Assembly: GCA_964234715.1 (NCBI GenBank)
Contig: OZ174276.1
Strand: one strand, 5' to 3'
From: Podarcis melisellensis
Lineage: Eukaryota
Length of the DNA: 64,000 bases
A program made the position numbers and the translations under genes. Every line of letters begins with the position of its first letter. The stretch's first letter is position 1. Below, piece after piece: positions 11,801-23,000 of the stretch. The notes under the pieces are model-generated. The model was not told where the DNA came from. It searched no databases and worked only from the letters and a program-made list of their open reading frames with translations.

Positions 11801-14800
11801 TCAAGGGTGGGTTATAAATTTGATGATGATAGGCGTACCTCCAGAACAAGATCCTTTAGTGCAAGGTTTCTTTTGTGACCCATGCTCTCTGTTAGCTTAC
11901 ATAAAAATCTAAGCCCTTCCTGTAAAGCCTGGCTCCTCTAATTGTTTTATTAAAATTTACAAATGGATTTCTATACTGGTGAGCTCAGTCACCTAAAAAA
12001 GAAAAAAATCCCAGAAGTGTTCAAGAGCAAACATTACCAGTTTTAGCTATCATGTTTCGCAACAGGCAAAATGGAGGCTTGTATTGTGTATGTGGCAATA
12101 TTGAATCGTTTTGTTCTAATGTTTAATACTAGATTATTGTGCAAGAGTAATATTTACTTGAATTTATAAAACTTACGCAAGATAGAGCAGGTGTTGCATA
12201 TGTGTGTGTATATATTTAAAAGAAGCTTGGTACGTGTACTGTGATTAGTCTCCAAGGTAATCCCTCATATGTACTGGGTGGAGATCTTGAGAACAGCTAC
12301 CGTTGCTGAATTTGGAATATGCCTTCATCATGTGGCAACTGGAAATAAGCACACACATGTCATTTCTGCTGCCAGGAAAAAACTCATGTGACAAACTACG
12401 CCACACCCCACCCCAAAAATTAATGAGTTTTCTCACCAGGGGTGATTGTGGATATATAATTGGTTATTATAGCCTGAAGGGAAAATCCAGATTAAATAAA
12501 ATAAAAAAAGGATGGGCTTGCATTTTGATGATGGTGGACATCTTGTGGACCCAGTGAAAAACATATGTGCATGAGCAGTACCAATTGCATAATAAACTCT
12601 CTTGTGACTGCAGCCTAAATTTCAGTTTATTGGCCTTCACTCAGCCCATTACCAATTCAAGACACCAGTTCAGCACTTTCACTGCTTCATGTGACTCAGG
12701 TGAAAATTAGACTAGAGTTGGGTGTCATCTGCATATTGATGACACCCCACCCATAATCTTCATATGACCTCTCCCAAAAGATACAGATGGTGAAAAGCAT
12801 GGTATACAAGGTAGAATTCTTGGGGACCTTACAATATAAATGCCATGGGGTCTCCCAGCATCACCTTCTGGAAGTGGGCTTCCAAGTAGGAGTGGAACCA
12901 CTGGGACATCATATTTCCAGTCCCCAACCCTGATAACCTATTCAGAAGGATACCATAGTCAATGGTATCAAAGGTCCAGGAGAATTAGCAGGGTCGAATT
13001 CCTTCTGTGCTTCTCCCAGCATAGATCATCCATCAGGACAGCCAAAGCTGTTTCTGAGCTGAAACCAGGTCTGAAGATGGACTGAAAAGTTCTAGTTAGG
13101 CAGAAGTTTCAGTGCTTAGCCCTTAGAGATGGCTGTTTTCTTCTTTCAGGAACTGAACCTTTTTCGTGGAAACTGCAGCATGCTCTACCACTATGACTGG
13201 ATCAGTGTACCACTAGTCTACACTCAGGTGAGTTAAGGACCCAAAGCAGTCAGCAAGCCCAATTACATCCATTTGTGCTCATATGATGAACCACCTGCTT
13301 CCAAACGTTGGAAGTTATGTCACCCAAAGGCATGCATAGAGTCAAAAGCACTGAGGCCACTGAACAAGCCCATCATATATCAGGGAATTTGCATCCCAGC
13401 TAAGTTTCACACAGCCCAACATGGCATGTCTAGCCCAGCAGTTAGCCCAGCCCCACCCCAGAAACTTCATCACACCATGGAACAAGCCTTATATGTAGAG
13501 CAGCAATGCACAGATCCTAATGTTATATGAGAACAGCTGAAGTTTACCTATTCTAAAGCACATTTTGAGGATCTCATGCTAGATTAATCCAGAGCAGCCT
13601 CTAGTTGTGTGCTTACAATCACTATTTCAAGGAATGTACTCAGGATCATTAAAACAAAAACAAAAACCCAGTTATCTGGCTTTGACACACACTAAATGCC
13701 TTTCTATAGTCACATTTAGGGTGATTAAAGAGGAATAACATGTTTCTTCTCCTTCAGTATGTTTATATGGGAAGTAGTGGTACTAATTCACACTAGTAAA
13801 CTGAGTATGGTGTGAAGGATCTTAACTCATTCCTATCTATTCAAGAATGAAAAGCTGCTGAAAATTAGAAACTCTACCCTAATTAATACAAACATACATT
13901 AGGACAAGGTTGAACCTCTTATATTACTGCTGCTTAGCATCTCTGATTCCATGTACAGAGGATAAATTATTAGGGATTAAATCACAGATGAATTGTTTGG
14001 TCCTCAGTAAACAGCCCATAAGATTGAACTAGGTCTAAAAACAGGGCTCCGAAATTCTGCAACTCACCCCCCTCCAGCCTCTCTACCTGCTTTTTCTTGC
14101 TCTGCTCTGACAGGTGGTTACCATTGCTGTGTACAGCTTCTTCGTTTCTTGTCTGATTGGGCGGCAGTTCCTTGACCCAGGCCAGGGCTACAAAGGACAT
14201 GACCTGGATCTGTGGGTCCCTGTTTTTACCCTGCTGCAATTCTTCTTCTATGTTGGGTGGCTAAAGGTATGGCAGACAGGAGGTAGTTTAAGATGTGTAA
14301 GGACAGTCATTATGGGACACCTTCCTACAGATTAGAAAATGAATCAGGGGCAGAGGGATGGTCCATGAATCAGCTGCTGGGTGATTTAACAAGTGTCTGG
14401 AAGGAAGGAAAAGGGAATGTTTAATACTGCACACCTTTGCCATGTCTGTTACCATATTGATGGCAACAAATAAGGAGCCTGGGCACATGTATTCCTCTCT
14501 TTTTACTGTGCCTCTAAATACCTTACAGGTGGCTGAGCAGCTCATCAACCCTTTTGGGGAGGACGATGATGACTTTGAAACCAACCTGCTGATTGACAGG
14601 AATTTCCAGGTAACTCTGCCCTCCCCTTAGCAGCACCCGATTATTGCTTTTGTAGTTAACAGTGGGAATTGAATAGCAAATCAGCATTTAGACACCTAGT
14701 ACGTGGGCATTCTGCCTTCCTCGTGGATTCAGATGTTGGAACAATATTTTTTATTATTGGTTAAACATTCCCTTGCCCTCATTGAACTCCCAGTCATGTG

Positions 14801-16414
14801 AAGGATTACCTTCTTGTTGGAAATCTAAAACTAGGCCCTAAATGTCAGATTTCCATATTGGTGCTGGAGGAGACTCTTGAGAGTCTCATGGACTGCAAGA
14901 AGATCAAACCTATCCATTCTTAAGGAAATCAGTCCTGAGTGCTCACTGGAAGGACAGATCCTGAAGCTGAGGCTCCAATATTTTGGCCACCTCATAAGAA
15001 GAGAAGACTCCCTGGAAAAGACCCTGATGTTGGGAAAGATTGAGGGCACAAGGAGAAGGGGATGACAGAGGACGAGATGGTTGGACAGTGTTCTGGAAGC
15101 TACCAGCATGAGTTTGACAAAACTGCGGGAGGCAGTGGAAGACAGGAGTGCCTGGCGTGCTCTGGTTCATGGGGTCACGAAGAGTCGGACACAACGAAAC
15201 GACTAAACAACAAGCATGCATACACCTAGGCTAGTATTCACTTACTTTGGTGGTGACTCCTGAAGTCCTCCCTTCCTTTGCAGGTCTCCATGATGGCAGT
15301 GGACGAGATGTATGGGGACCTGCCTCTTCTGGAGAAGGATCGGTACTGGGATGCCTCCAACCCCCGCGCCCCGTATACCGCAGCCACCGTTTTCCTCTTG
15401 CAACAGCCATCGTTCCAGGGTTCCACTTTTGACATGACGTAAGCCAAACTTCTCATTCTGTGGCAAGATAAGGGAATGACGGTGGTCCTTGTTGGGTAGA
15501 GGGTTGGGGAGAGGAGGGGGGATTCCGTCAGTGGGAGCAGTTTTCAGTCTGTGAAACTGGAGCTTGCTTTCTCCTTTTGGCCATTCCTCCCTGCTCATTT
15601 GGGGTAGGGTGAGGGCTCTTCTTCCAGCGCACATGGAGCCCCTGCTGGTTGCACAAATTCAGATTCCCATTTATACTACGCCATAGATATCCCCTCTCAT
15701 CCCAGAGGCAATAAGGAAGATCCCTGCACCAAAAAGCAAGCTCTTTTGCAACTTGTAGTGTGAAGCTATTCCCTTTAACTACTCCCCTCCTCGATTTCCA
15801 GCCTAGCCAAGGAAGACATGCAGTTCCAGCCCCTAGAGGACATCGCAGAGGGCTATGAACACAGCCGCCATGTCCCTGCACACCTCTTGAACCGCCTGCT
15901 ATCCACAGCCCCCGCGCCTGGCGGCTTTGGACGTCGGCTGTCTCTGCTGAGGCGCAAGAACAGCTGTGTTTCCGAAGCATCCACTACCTACAGCTGCCTC
16001 TGTCAGGATACACAGACCACAGACTGTACCTGTGGGCCTCCTGGGCAGTCTGTGCCCATCAACAGCATTCACTTCAGCTCTGAGGGGGAGGGAGACCTTG
16101 GGCCTGATGCCACTGGCCTGGGCACGGAGACACACAAGGACCTCTCTGAGGATCCCGCCGGCGAGCCCAGTGGCCCAGCTCAGACCTCGCTAGGCCATGA
16201 TAGTGCTGTGGCCAACCCCCAGGATCCAGTGCCCCTTGTGGACATGTCTGTCCCTGCAGCAACAGATACCGACTCGTCTCAGCCTCTCCTAGACCACGGC
16301 TCTTCAGATGCCCCCTTCTTTCACAGCTCAAAGGAGGCCTCCAGCAAGGGTCTTCCGCCAGCCAATTACCCCCACTGGCTCCAGAGCCCTATTGAGGAGG
16401 AGAATGTGGCATAA
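7966..16414 (+). CDS. BEST2: Bestrophin-2, Ca2+-activated anion channel; spliced CDS join(7966..8117,9253..9347,10346..10579,11502..11656,13150..13227,14114..14266,14529..14609,15284..15438,15802..16414), 1716 nt, 571 aa
   Basis: N-terminus [17 protein letters not shown] is the BEST2 signature. Contains the RFP motif, neck IPVSFVLGF, Ca2+ clasp [15 protein letters not shown] and K208/E212. Exon sizes 152/95/234/155/78/153/81/155 match the bestrophin gene structure, all introns are GT-AG, and HOOK2 is adjacent as in mammals. Confidence 0.97.
8790..8832. repeat. (TG)n(TA)n(TG)n compound microsatellite
   Basis: Seen directly. Confidence 0.85.
9253..9347 (+). CDS. BEST2: BEST2 coding exon 2 (95 nt)
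   Basis: [31 protein letters not shown]; ctctag| acceptor and |gtgaga donor. Confidence 0.96.
10346..10579 (+). CDS. BEST2: BEST2 coding exon 3 (234 nt)
   Basis: [15 protein letters not shown]...[12 protein letters not shown]; tttag| and |gtgagt. Confidence 0.96.
10616..11122. mobile_element. Non-autonomous hAT (Charlie-like) element in the BEST2 intron after coding exon 3
   Basis: TIRs cagtggttttcaacc / ggttgaaagcctctg; 8-bp TSD cattaagc / cactaagc (7 of 8 match). Confidence 0.75.
11502..11656 (+). CDS. BEST2: BEST2 coding exon 4 (155 nt)
   Basis: [52 protein letters not shown]; aacag| and |gtgagg. Confidence 0.96.
13150..13227 (+). CDS. BEST2: BEST2 coding exon 5 (78 nt)
   Basis: [26 protein letters not shown]; ttcag| and |gtgagt. 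Confidence 0.96.
14114..14266 (+). CDS. BEST2: BEST2 coding exon 6 (153 nt)
   Basis: [22 protein letters not shown]...FFYVGWLK; gacag| and |gtatgg. Confidence 0.96.
14529..14609 (+). CDS. BEST2: BEST2 coding exon 7 (81 nt), Ca2+ clasp
   Basis: [27 protein letters not shown]; tacag| and |gtaact. Confidence 0.97.
14859..15213 (+). mobile_element. RTE-BovB LINE 3' fragment (5'-truncated)
   Basis: Encodes the BovB C-terminus [56 protein letters not shown]; ends in a (CAA)n tail. Confidence 0.92.
15284..15438 (+). CDS. BEST2: BEST2 coding exon 8 (155 nt)
   Basis: [22 protein letters not shown]...[13 protein letters not shown]; tgcag| and |gtaagc. Confidence 0.96.
15802..16414 (+). CDS. BEST2: BEST2 terminal coding exon
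   Basis: LAKEDMQFQ...[17 protein letters not shown]...[12 protein letters not shown]; ttccag| acceptor; stop TAA. Confidence 0.94.
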
Positions 16415-16930
16415 GCTATTACTTCAGCCTCCACAGGGTTGAGTGGAGCCATTACGAAGGGTGGCCCATGGCACGTTCAATCTTAGGCCTCAGGACAGGA
16501 AATCAGTGAAGACTGATAGTCCTTGCAGCTGCTAAAGGGGAATTTGAATTGGTGGCCCCTGCTAGACACCTGGTTTTTAATGACACATTGTAATGTGGGG
16601 CCACTTCATAAGGAGTCAGGAGGATTCTGTTAATCAGGCCTCTATTTCTGTCCCCCCCTGCCCACCTCCCCTTTCCCCCCCCCACGTGTTCTTGACTTGG
16701 ATCTGCAGCCCCTAACTGAACGTGCAGGGGCAATCATGGACACTGAGCTACTCCTGAAGGTACTATTCTGTCCTATATTTACCCAAAGCTGCAGCTGGTT
16801 ATTGCATCTCATTCCTTTCTGTAATCGTCAGATGGTGAACATGAAAGGAGGTAATCACCTCTGCGCTTACTACCCAAATGCCTCAGTGTGGATCTACTAT
16901 GTTTTAAAATTCTTGCTTTTATAGTATTGT

Positions 16931-16936
16931 ATTAAA
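16931..16936 (+). terminator. Candidate BEST2 polyadenylation signal ATTAAA
   Basis: ATTAAA about 0.5 kb after the stop codon, followed by GT/T-rich sequence (gtaatgttttgtgg). Confidence 0.55.
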
Positions 16937-18242
16937 TGGTATTTTGTTTAGAGTAATGTTTTGTGGCCTGCCCTTTAAACCTCCAATGTATATGTCCAGT
17001 CATACCGAATACTATTAAGAGTTCTATAGGTCTAGAAGTGAATTCCAAGAGGCACAAATTAACTTGCGTGGATCAGACCAATGTTCTATCTGGCTGATTA
17101 GATGTATGTTTTGGTTTTACATGTGAACCCAGCATCCTTCCTCAGCCATGCTTTGTTCAGCCACTCCACCCAAAATACTCACCCAGCCAACAAATTGTAC
17201 AAGGCAAGAGCAGATAGGAACTGTATTCTAATAGCTTCTGGAGACTAGATTGGGGAACCCCAGGCAACTATGACCATGCTGGTTAGGGCTCTAGTCATGG
17301 CCGTCACATCCTCCCTGAAGCCCATAAAAGGCAAGGGAACCTGACTGAGCAGCTACCTCTTTGCCACGGCTTGCACACTTGGAGCAGCAGGGAGAAAAAG
17401 GGATAATGGGGAAAGGAAATTAAAACCTCCCTGAAATTTCCCCACCCACTGCGCAACTCAGCTGCTCAGAAGAGAGCTGCAGTGACAAACAGTGGTTCTC
17501 TGTGCACTAAAAAAGTACCTGCTCCCTTCAAATGAAGAGGGATGGAAACAGGTCTGTGACCAGAGGGGGGGAGCTGGGTATACTTGCTCCAGGCCTCGGA
17601 GGGCTAGTCGGCAGGGGGGTCATGTCAGGGGCCTGCCAGACTTGCGCTGTCATGCCAAGAATGCCCTAGGTCTCCCAGTCAACTGGGGAGAGCCTCAGAC
17701 AAGCTGTACATGGGCCTGGAGGGCAATGTTGGGAGCTGCCGATTCAGTCAAGAGATCAGTCTATCCATAGCATCAGATCCTTTGGATTCCTCTTAGTGCA
17801 CAGAGAAAAAGGGCTCTTATGCCGTGTATTGTTATCCTACCTGATTCTGTGTTGTGTTAACTTGTACCTCAGTATACTAGGGAAGAAAGTTACTTGTAGT
17901 TCAAGCCTTCAGTATGTACTGCAGAGGATAGTGAGACTAAATTTAATGGTGGATCACATTCTAAGAACCTTTAAACCATCTTTTATGGTAGTATTTAGCT
18001 AGGAGCAACAGGAGACATTCCCCTTAAGGCTGGATGCTTGCTGTGAAGCATGAGGGGACCTCTAACTCTAAAAACTCCATCAGCAACAGGGACAACCATA
18101 CAACGATTTACAGAGGACGCGCTTCTTTAACAGATGCTCTATTGCTGCTCTTATGATTGCTTCCCAATTGAAAATGCTCCCTTTTGATAAATAAATCAAC
18201 TGCCACTGTGCCAGCCTTTGTAGCAATCCTAAATGCAAAGTA

Positions 18243-18461
18243 CAGTGGTACCTCGGTTTAAGAACAGTCCTGTTTATGAATGATTCAGTTTACGAACTAC
18301 GCAAAACTGGAAGTAGTGTCCTGGTTTGTGAACTTTACCTCTAAGAACGGAATCCAAACGGTAGAAGGACACCGGCAGCGGGAGGCCCCGTTAGGGAAAG
18401 CATGCCTCGGTTTAAGAACTGACTTCTGGAATGGATTAAGTTTGTAAATCAAGGTACCACG
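18243..18461. mobile_element. Tc1/mariner (Tigger-like) MITE
   Basis: ta|cagtggtacctcgg ... aaggtaccac; related to 5773-6019. Confidence 0.8.
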
Positions 18462-18801
18462 TTACTCTTGACCATCAATAATTTTCTTTCAGTTTTAACT
18501 GCTATCAGCTCACCACCAGATTCTGAAGTAGGTCAAATCAACTAAGGACAATGACACCAAAATGTATCTTCTTCCAAGGCCCAATAGGGAACTGCAGTTG
18601 ATTGGTCTACTAAACTTCCAAGAGAGGAAACTCCCATCTCAGAATCATTGGGAAGCCTGAACTACAGCTGGCCCATCACAAAGGTACTGCAAAGAACTAC
18701 TAACAGCTACAGCTGGTCCTCCCAGAGGAAGGCTATTGCCCAACAGTAATAGTTGTTGTTGCTACTAGAGGAATGAGGATACAGAAAAGATTTTATAACA
18801 T

Positions 18802-18807
18802 TTTATT
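18802..18807 (-). terminator. HOOK2 polyadenylation signal AATAAA (3' UTR about 1.1 kb)
   Basis: TTTATT on the + strand at the end of an AU-rich UTR; on the - strand followed by a U/GU-rich tract. Confidence 0.7.
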
Positions 18808-19890
18808 TGTAGTGTAAAGATTCTATAGACACATCCCATCCTCCCACATTGCATGTCAGGCTTCTGTCCAATAGAAAAATAAAGAGGCAGAGATACAAGA
18901 TAGCTTTACAAAATGTATAATTTACAGCATTAAAACTATGAACTTTACTTTAAAAAAAAAGACTCAAAATTTGGAGAACATATTTTTAAAAGGATACTGC
19001 ATCTTGCAATGTCTCTGAATATGATACTAGCAGGGAGGGGAGAAAAAGAATAGCACTTTTCAAAAAAAACACCAGGCACTAAATATTGCCGTGAAGACAA
19101 CACAGTTACAGATGTGCACACAAACTAGTTGCGCAGGACTGCAGGCTCTCTTCACCCCTAGGGTCTAAAGTCAATTTAGTGTTCATACGTTTTCAAATGG
19201 GGCTTTTTTGTACCAAGGCCCTGCCCCTTCTTAGAAGGGATTCTTAAGTCACTAAGAAAAGCTGTGCCATAATGTGCCTCAGGCAATGCAATCTGGCTCC
19301 GGAGGAACCAATGCTAGCTTTTTCAAGGAGTCAAACTCCAAATGCAGGGCCACTATCAAAGCAGCCACCTCATCCTTATGCATTCATCACCACAAAAAAT
19401 ACCCAAGACTGAGGCCGATACCATAAGGGGAGATGTGAATGGCAGTAAAAATATTCCCTCCATACCCTCTGCAGATGACATCATTAGGTAAAGAAGATTT
19501 TTAATTGGTGGGGAACAGGGCTATACAGAAACTATGTACAAAAGCAGAATTTTAAGAGGAAAGGTGGGTAAGGAACATGGTTGAAGGATACCTCTCCATC
19601 ACCCAGGGTACTGCCATGCAACAGCTCCCAACTGTGGTGGAAGAGGGAACATGTAGGTCTGCAATGAATAGGGAAGATCCAGCTCTTTGCTGCTCAAGAT
19701 TCTTCATTTTTTAAAAAACAAGCACTACAGTTGGGCATAGGAATAATCTTTAGTATCAGAGAATGAATTTCAACAATAAGGATAAAACGGGGGTTTCCAG
19801 AGGAAGTACCACTGCATAACAGGTATTCCCATTTCACTCCCCCCGGGAAGTGAGCATTCTCTAGAAGATCCACAGGACAGCTTTTCCAGA

Positions 19891-20061
19891 TCAGGACAAC
19901 TGAGGTTTGTCTGTACCAACGTATCGAAGCAGCAAGGGTTGAGCTCGGTTCAGGTGGCCCCGTCGAGTATTGGTGGCCAATCTTTGCTGGGCCAAGAAGG
20001 ACTGGACTGGTGTAGAGGTGGATGACCGCTCCTCTGTAGCTCGCTGGTGCAGCGCCAGGCC
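19891..20061 (-). CDS. HOOK2: HOOK2 terminal coding exon
   Basis: GLALHQRATEERSSTSTPVQSFLAQQRLATNTRRGHLNRAQPLLLRYVGTDKPQLS*. Confidence 0.94.
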   Translation of the reverse strand, partial: GLALHQRATEERSSTSTPVQSFLAQQRLATNTRRGHLNRAQPLLLRYVGTDKPQLS

Positions 20062-23000
20062 CTGCAGTGGGAAAGAAAAGAAACATTTGGCTTGTGCCAG
20101 CAGACTCTTGGATGGAGATGGAGGGTCTTCACTGTTCTTCCTCCATAGGGCTCTAACCAGGTTAGTATGTGTCAGAAGACACAAAGGTCTGAATTCAAGA
20201 CGGCCATGTTCTGTGATCCAGACATATACAGGATCATCAAAATGATCTACTGTAAAGAGTCCAACTTCAGACATTTTACTCAGCAGTGTTTAGCAGCTGC
20301 AAAAGGTGTCTGGTACCAAAATAGTTAGAAAAAGTAAGAGATTCTCAAGATGTAAAGCTCCACAGCAGTTATTCATACTGTTCTCCTGCAAAGCAATGTG
20401 CCAACCTTCTCTCACACCCCTGCATCAGTACATGCACCTCTCTTTATGCCTAGTCCAATTCAAACTCACCATGTTATACCAAGCAGTGATGATGAGTTTC
20501 TCTTCTTGTTCCTGTTGAGATTTTGTCTTCTCAAAATCCGACTAATGAGATGAAGCACAGAGAGGAAAAAGGAGGTAAGTGGTCATGCTGCTAAACCCCA
20601 AGGCTGTGTGTGTGTGTGTGTGTTGGGGGGGGGTTATGGAAAACCCCAAGCTTATGCTGCCTAGGCCAACCAAAACAGAGGGGAGATGAGAAGTGTACTT
20701 CTTCCGTTTATAGCTGTGCAGGACCTCAGTCTACCAATTTGATCCCAAGTGAAAGCAAACAGAAAGAAACTACCTGAGCTGCTAACAGGGTGGTCGAAAC
20801 AGGCAACGCATGGCAAACCACTCATCTGAAATAATTTATATTGACTTTGGGAAGATAAGGAATTAATGCATTATACCCAAGACACCTGCAGCTTATGGGT
20901 AAGAGGGCTGCAGTGCGCACATCCTTGTTAATTTTGGAAACTTGTTATAATAAGTATTGGCCTGCTGGATCAGGCCAGTGGCCCACCAGATGCCCTTGGG
21001 AAGCTGTGAGCAGGACCAGAGCACATCATTAGTGTCCCTTCCTGCAGTTTCCAGCAACTGGTATTCAGAAGCGCATTCCTTCCTACAATGGAAGTAATTC
21101 ATAGCCATCATGGTTAGTAACCGCTGATAGCCTAGTCCTCATTTAAAGCCATCAATGTTTGGTGGCCATTACTGCCTCTCAAGGGAGCAAATTCCATTGT
21201 TTAACTAGAGGGGCCTTTGGCCTAATCAGGCAGGCTCTTAAGTAAGAAGCTGCAACCCTCATTCTCGGACGAGGAAGAGGAGCTCACCTCCAGGTGGTTG
21301 ATTTTCTTATCCTTTTCCTGCAGCTGGTTTTTCAAAGCCTGGATCTCCAGTGGAACTCCATGAGGCTGTTGCTTGGGATCCAGTTTCTTGATGACCTGTG
21401 AAAGAATAAAGAGAGATCTTCCATAATCACTTAGCTTTGGGAGGCCAAGACCATTTAGCTACTAGAGAGGCCCTGAAGCAACATTGCTGACTGAATCACA
21501 TTGACCGCAGGAAAGTGTGTATGATCTACAAAGCCATTTAGTGAGGCTTTGCCAAAGTATGCCAATGCAGTGGCAAAAGGCACTGGAAAGACTTGACTTA
21601 CTGTGCAGGCTTTGTCCATATAACGCTTGTATCGTTCCTCCATGGCTCTCATATCTTCATCTTTCTTCTTCAAAGACTGCTGCAGTTCATCAATCTTCTT
21701 GGCAGCTGTTGAGAAAGGCAGGGACATCAATGCTGTCCGGACCCCGAAATGTGGACGGGGGACAGATGGAGTAGCAAGAATCTTCACTCAATGCTCTACA
21801 AGGTCTTCTGATTTCTGGGTAGCCCAGCCCATCCCATTCTGCTGCCCAGCAAAGACTGGGCTTAGTCGAGACTCCTAAAGCAATGGATCTGTCATCCACC
21901 CACTTACTGTTGCTGTCCACTTTTGGCTCCAATTCATCAAGGCATTCCTTCTTCTTCTGAAGCTCTGCATGGGCCTCATGCAATTTCTCTCTGACCAGGA
22001 AAGAGAAAGAGAAACAGAAGCTAGGCATGCAGGTGTCTTGAAGAATAAGGACCAGATACCTGAAGGGCGTGGAACCAAAGCCCTGCTGTGTATTGTGTGA
22101 CAGCATCAATATGTTGCTAAGTAGCACAGCTGGACCCATAACAACCCCAGATATGCATTCATCAAATGCAACAAAGAAAACCAAGTGAGCTTTAGCCCTT
22201 TCCAACCCTGTCCCTCAAACTGAATTGAATCACTTACAGGTGCTCCTCCAGCTTCTTTTGTAGGAGAGAAGACTAAAAAGAGAGAGAAATGACTGCTTAG
22301 GATTTTTATTTTGTTTGCAGATCAATTAGTTAAGCTGCTGTTGTTATCATCTGACCACTAGAGTGAGTTGGTTCAGTATATTTTACACAGAATACTAAAA
22401 CCTGTGTAGCTGTAGTGTACCCTGTACTCCTGAAGACCTCCTGCACTCAGGTTATGCATAAATTTGCTGGTTTTAAAGGATTCATTCTGGGGGCACTAGG
22501 AGTTCAAGGTTTCAGTTCAGATTTGTCTTCAGGAGCTAGGAAAGTTAAACTGGGATGCTGCTGACTCAGAAGCACTCTTAAAATGGAACAGAGAATCCCA
22601 TTCAGTTCTGCAAACATGGTTGTCTATGCTGGCATGACAGGGGAGATAAAAATATCCAGTATACAGTAAGTGAACTGAACACAGCCAATGGCTCAACTCT
22701 ACGGTCAATCCTACTGTCAATTAACAAGGCTGCAGTCTAAAAAACAAAAGGTCTTTCTATACTAGTTACTAATCCATTCATGCATTCAAACATCACACCC
22801 ATCTTTGGCAGTAAAAGCCAAAGTCCCCTCCCTCCACCTGAGACCATTCAGGGTCTGTTGCTCAAGTAGCATCAATAGATGTGTGCAATGCAAACGCATT
22901 TACTTTTCAAAATTTACTACAGTTTTTACTAGGTGTGCAAATGTTGGTTTACATTGCCCAATGTCACTTCAACAGCATTTTTCTGTCACTTCCAGGTTAA

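Noticed and set aside
7966-16414. Assignment as BEST1, BEST3 or BEST4
   Set aside because: The N-terminus, K208, C-terminal motifs and adjacency to HOOK2 all indicate BEST2
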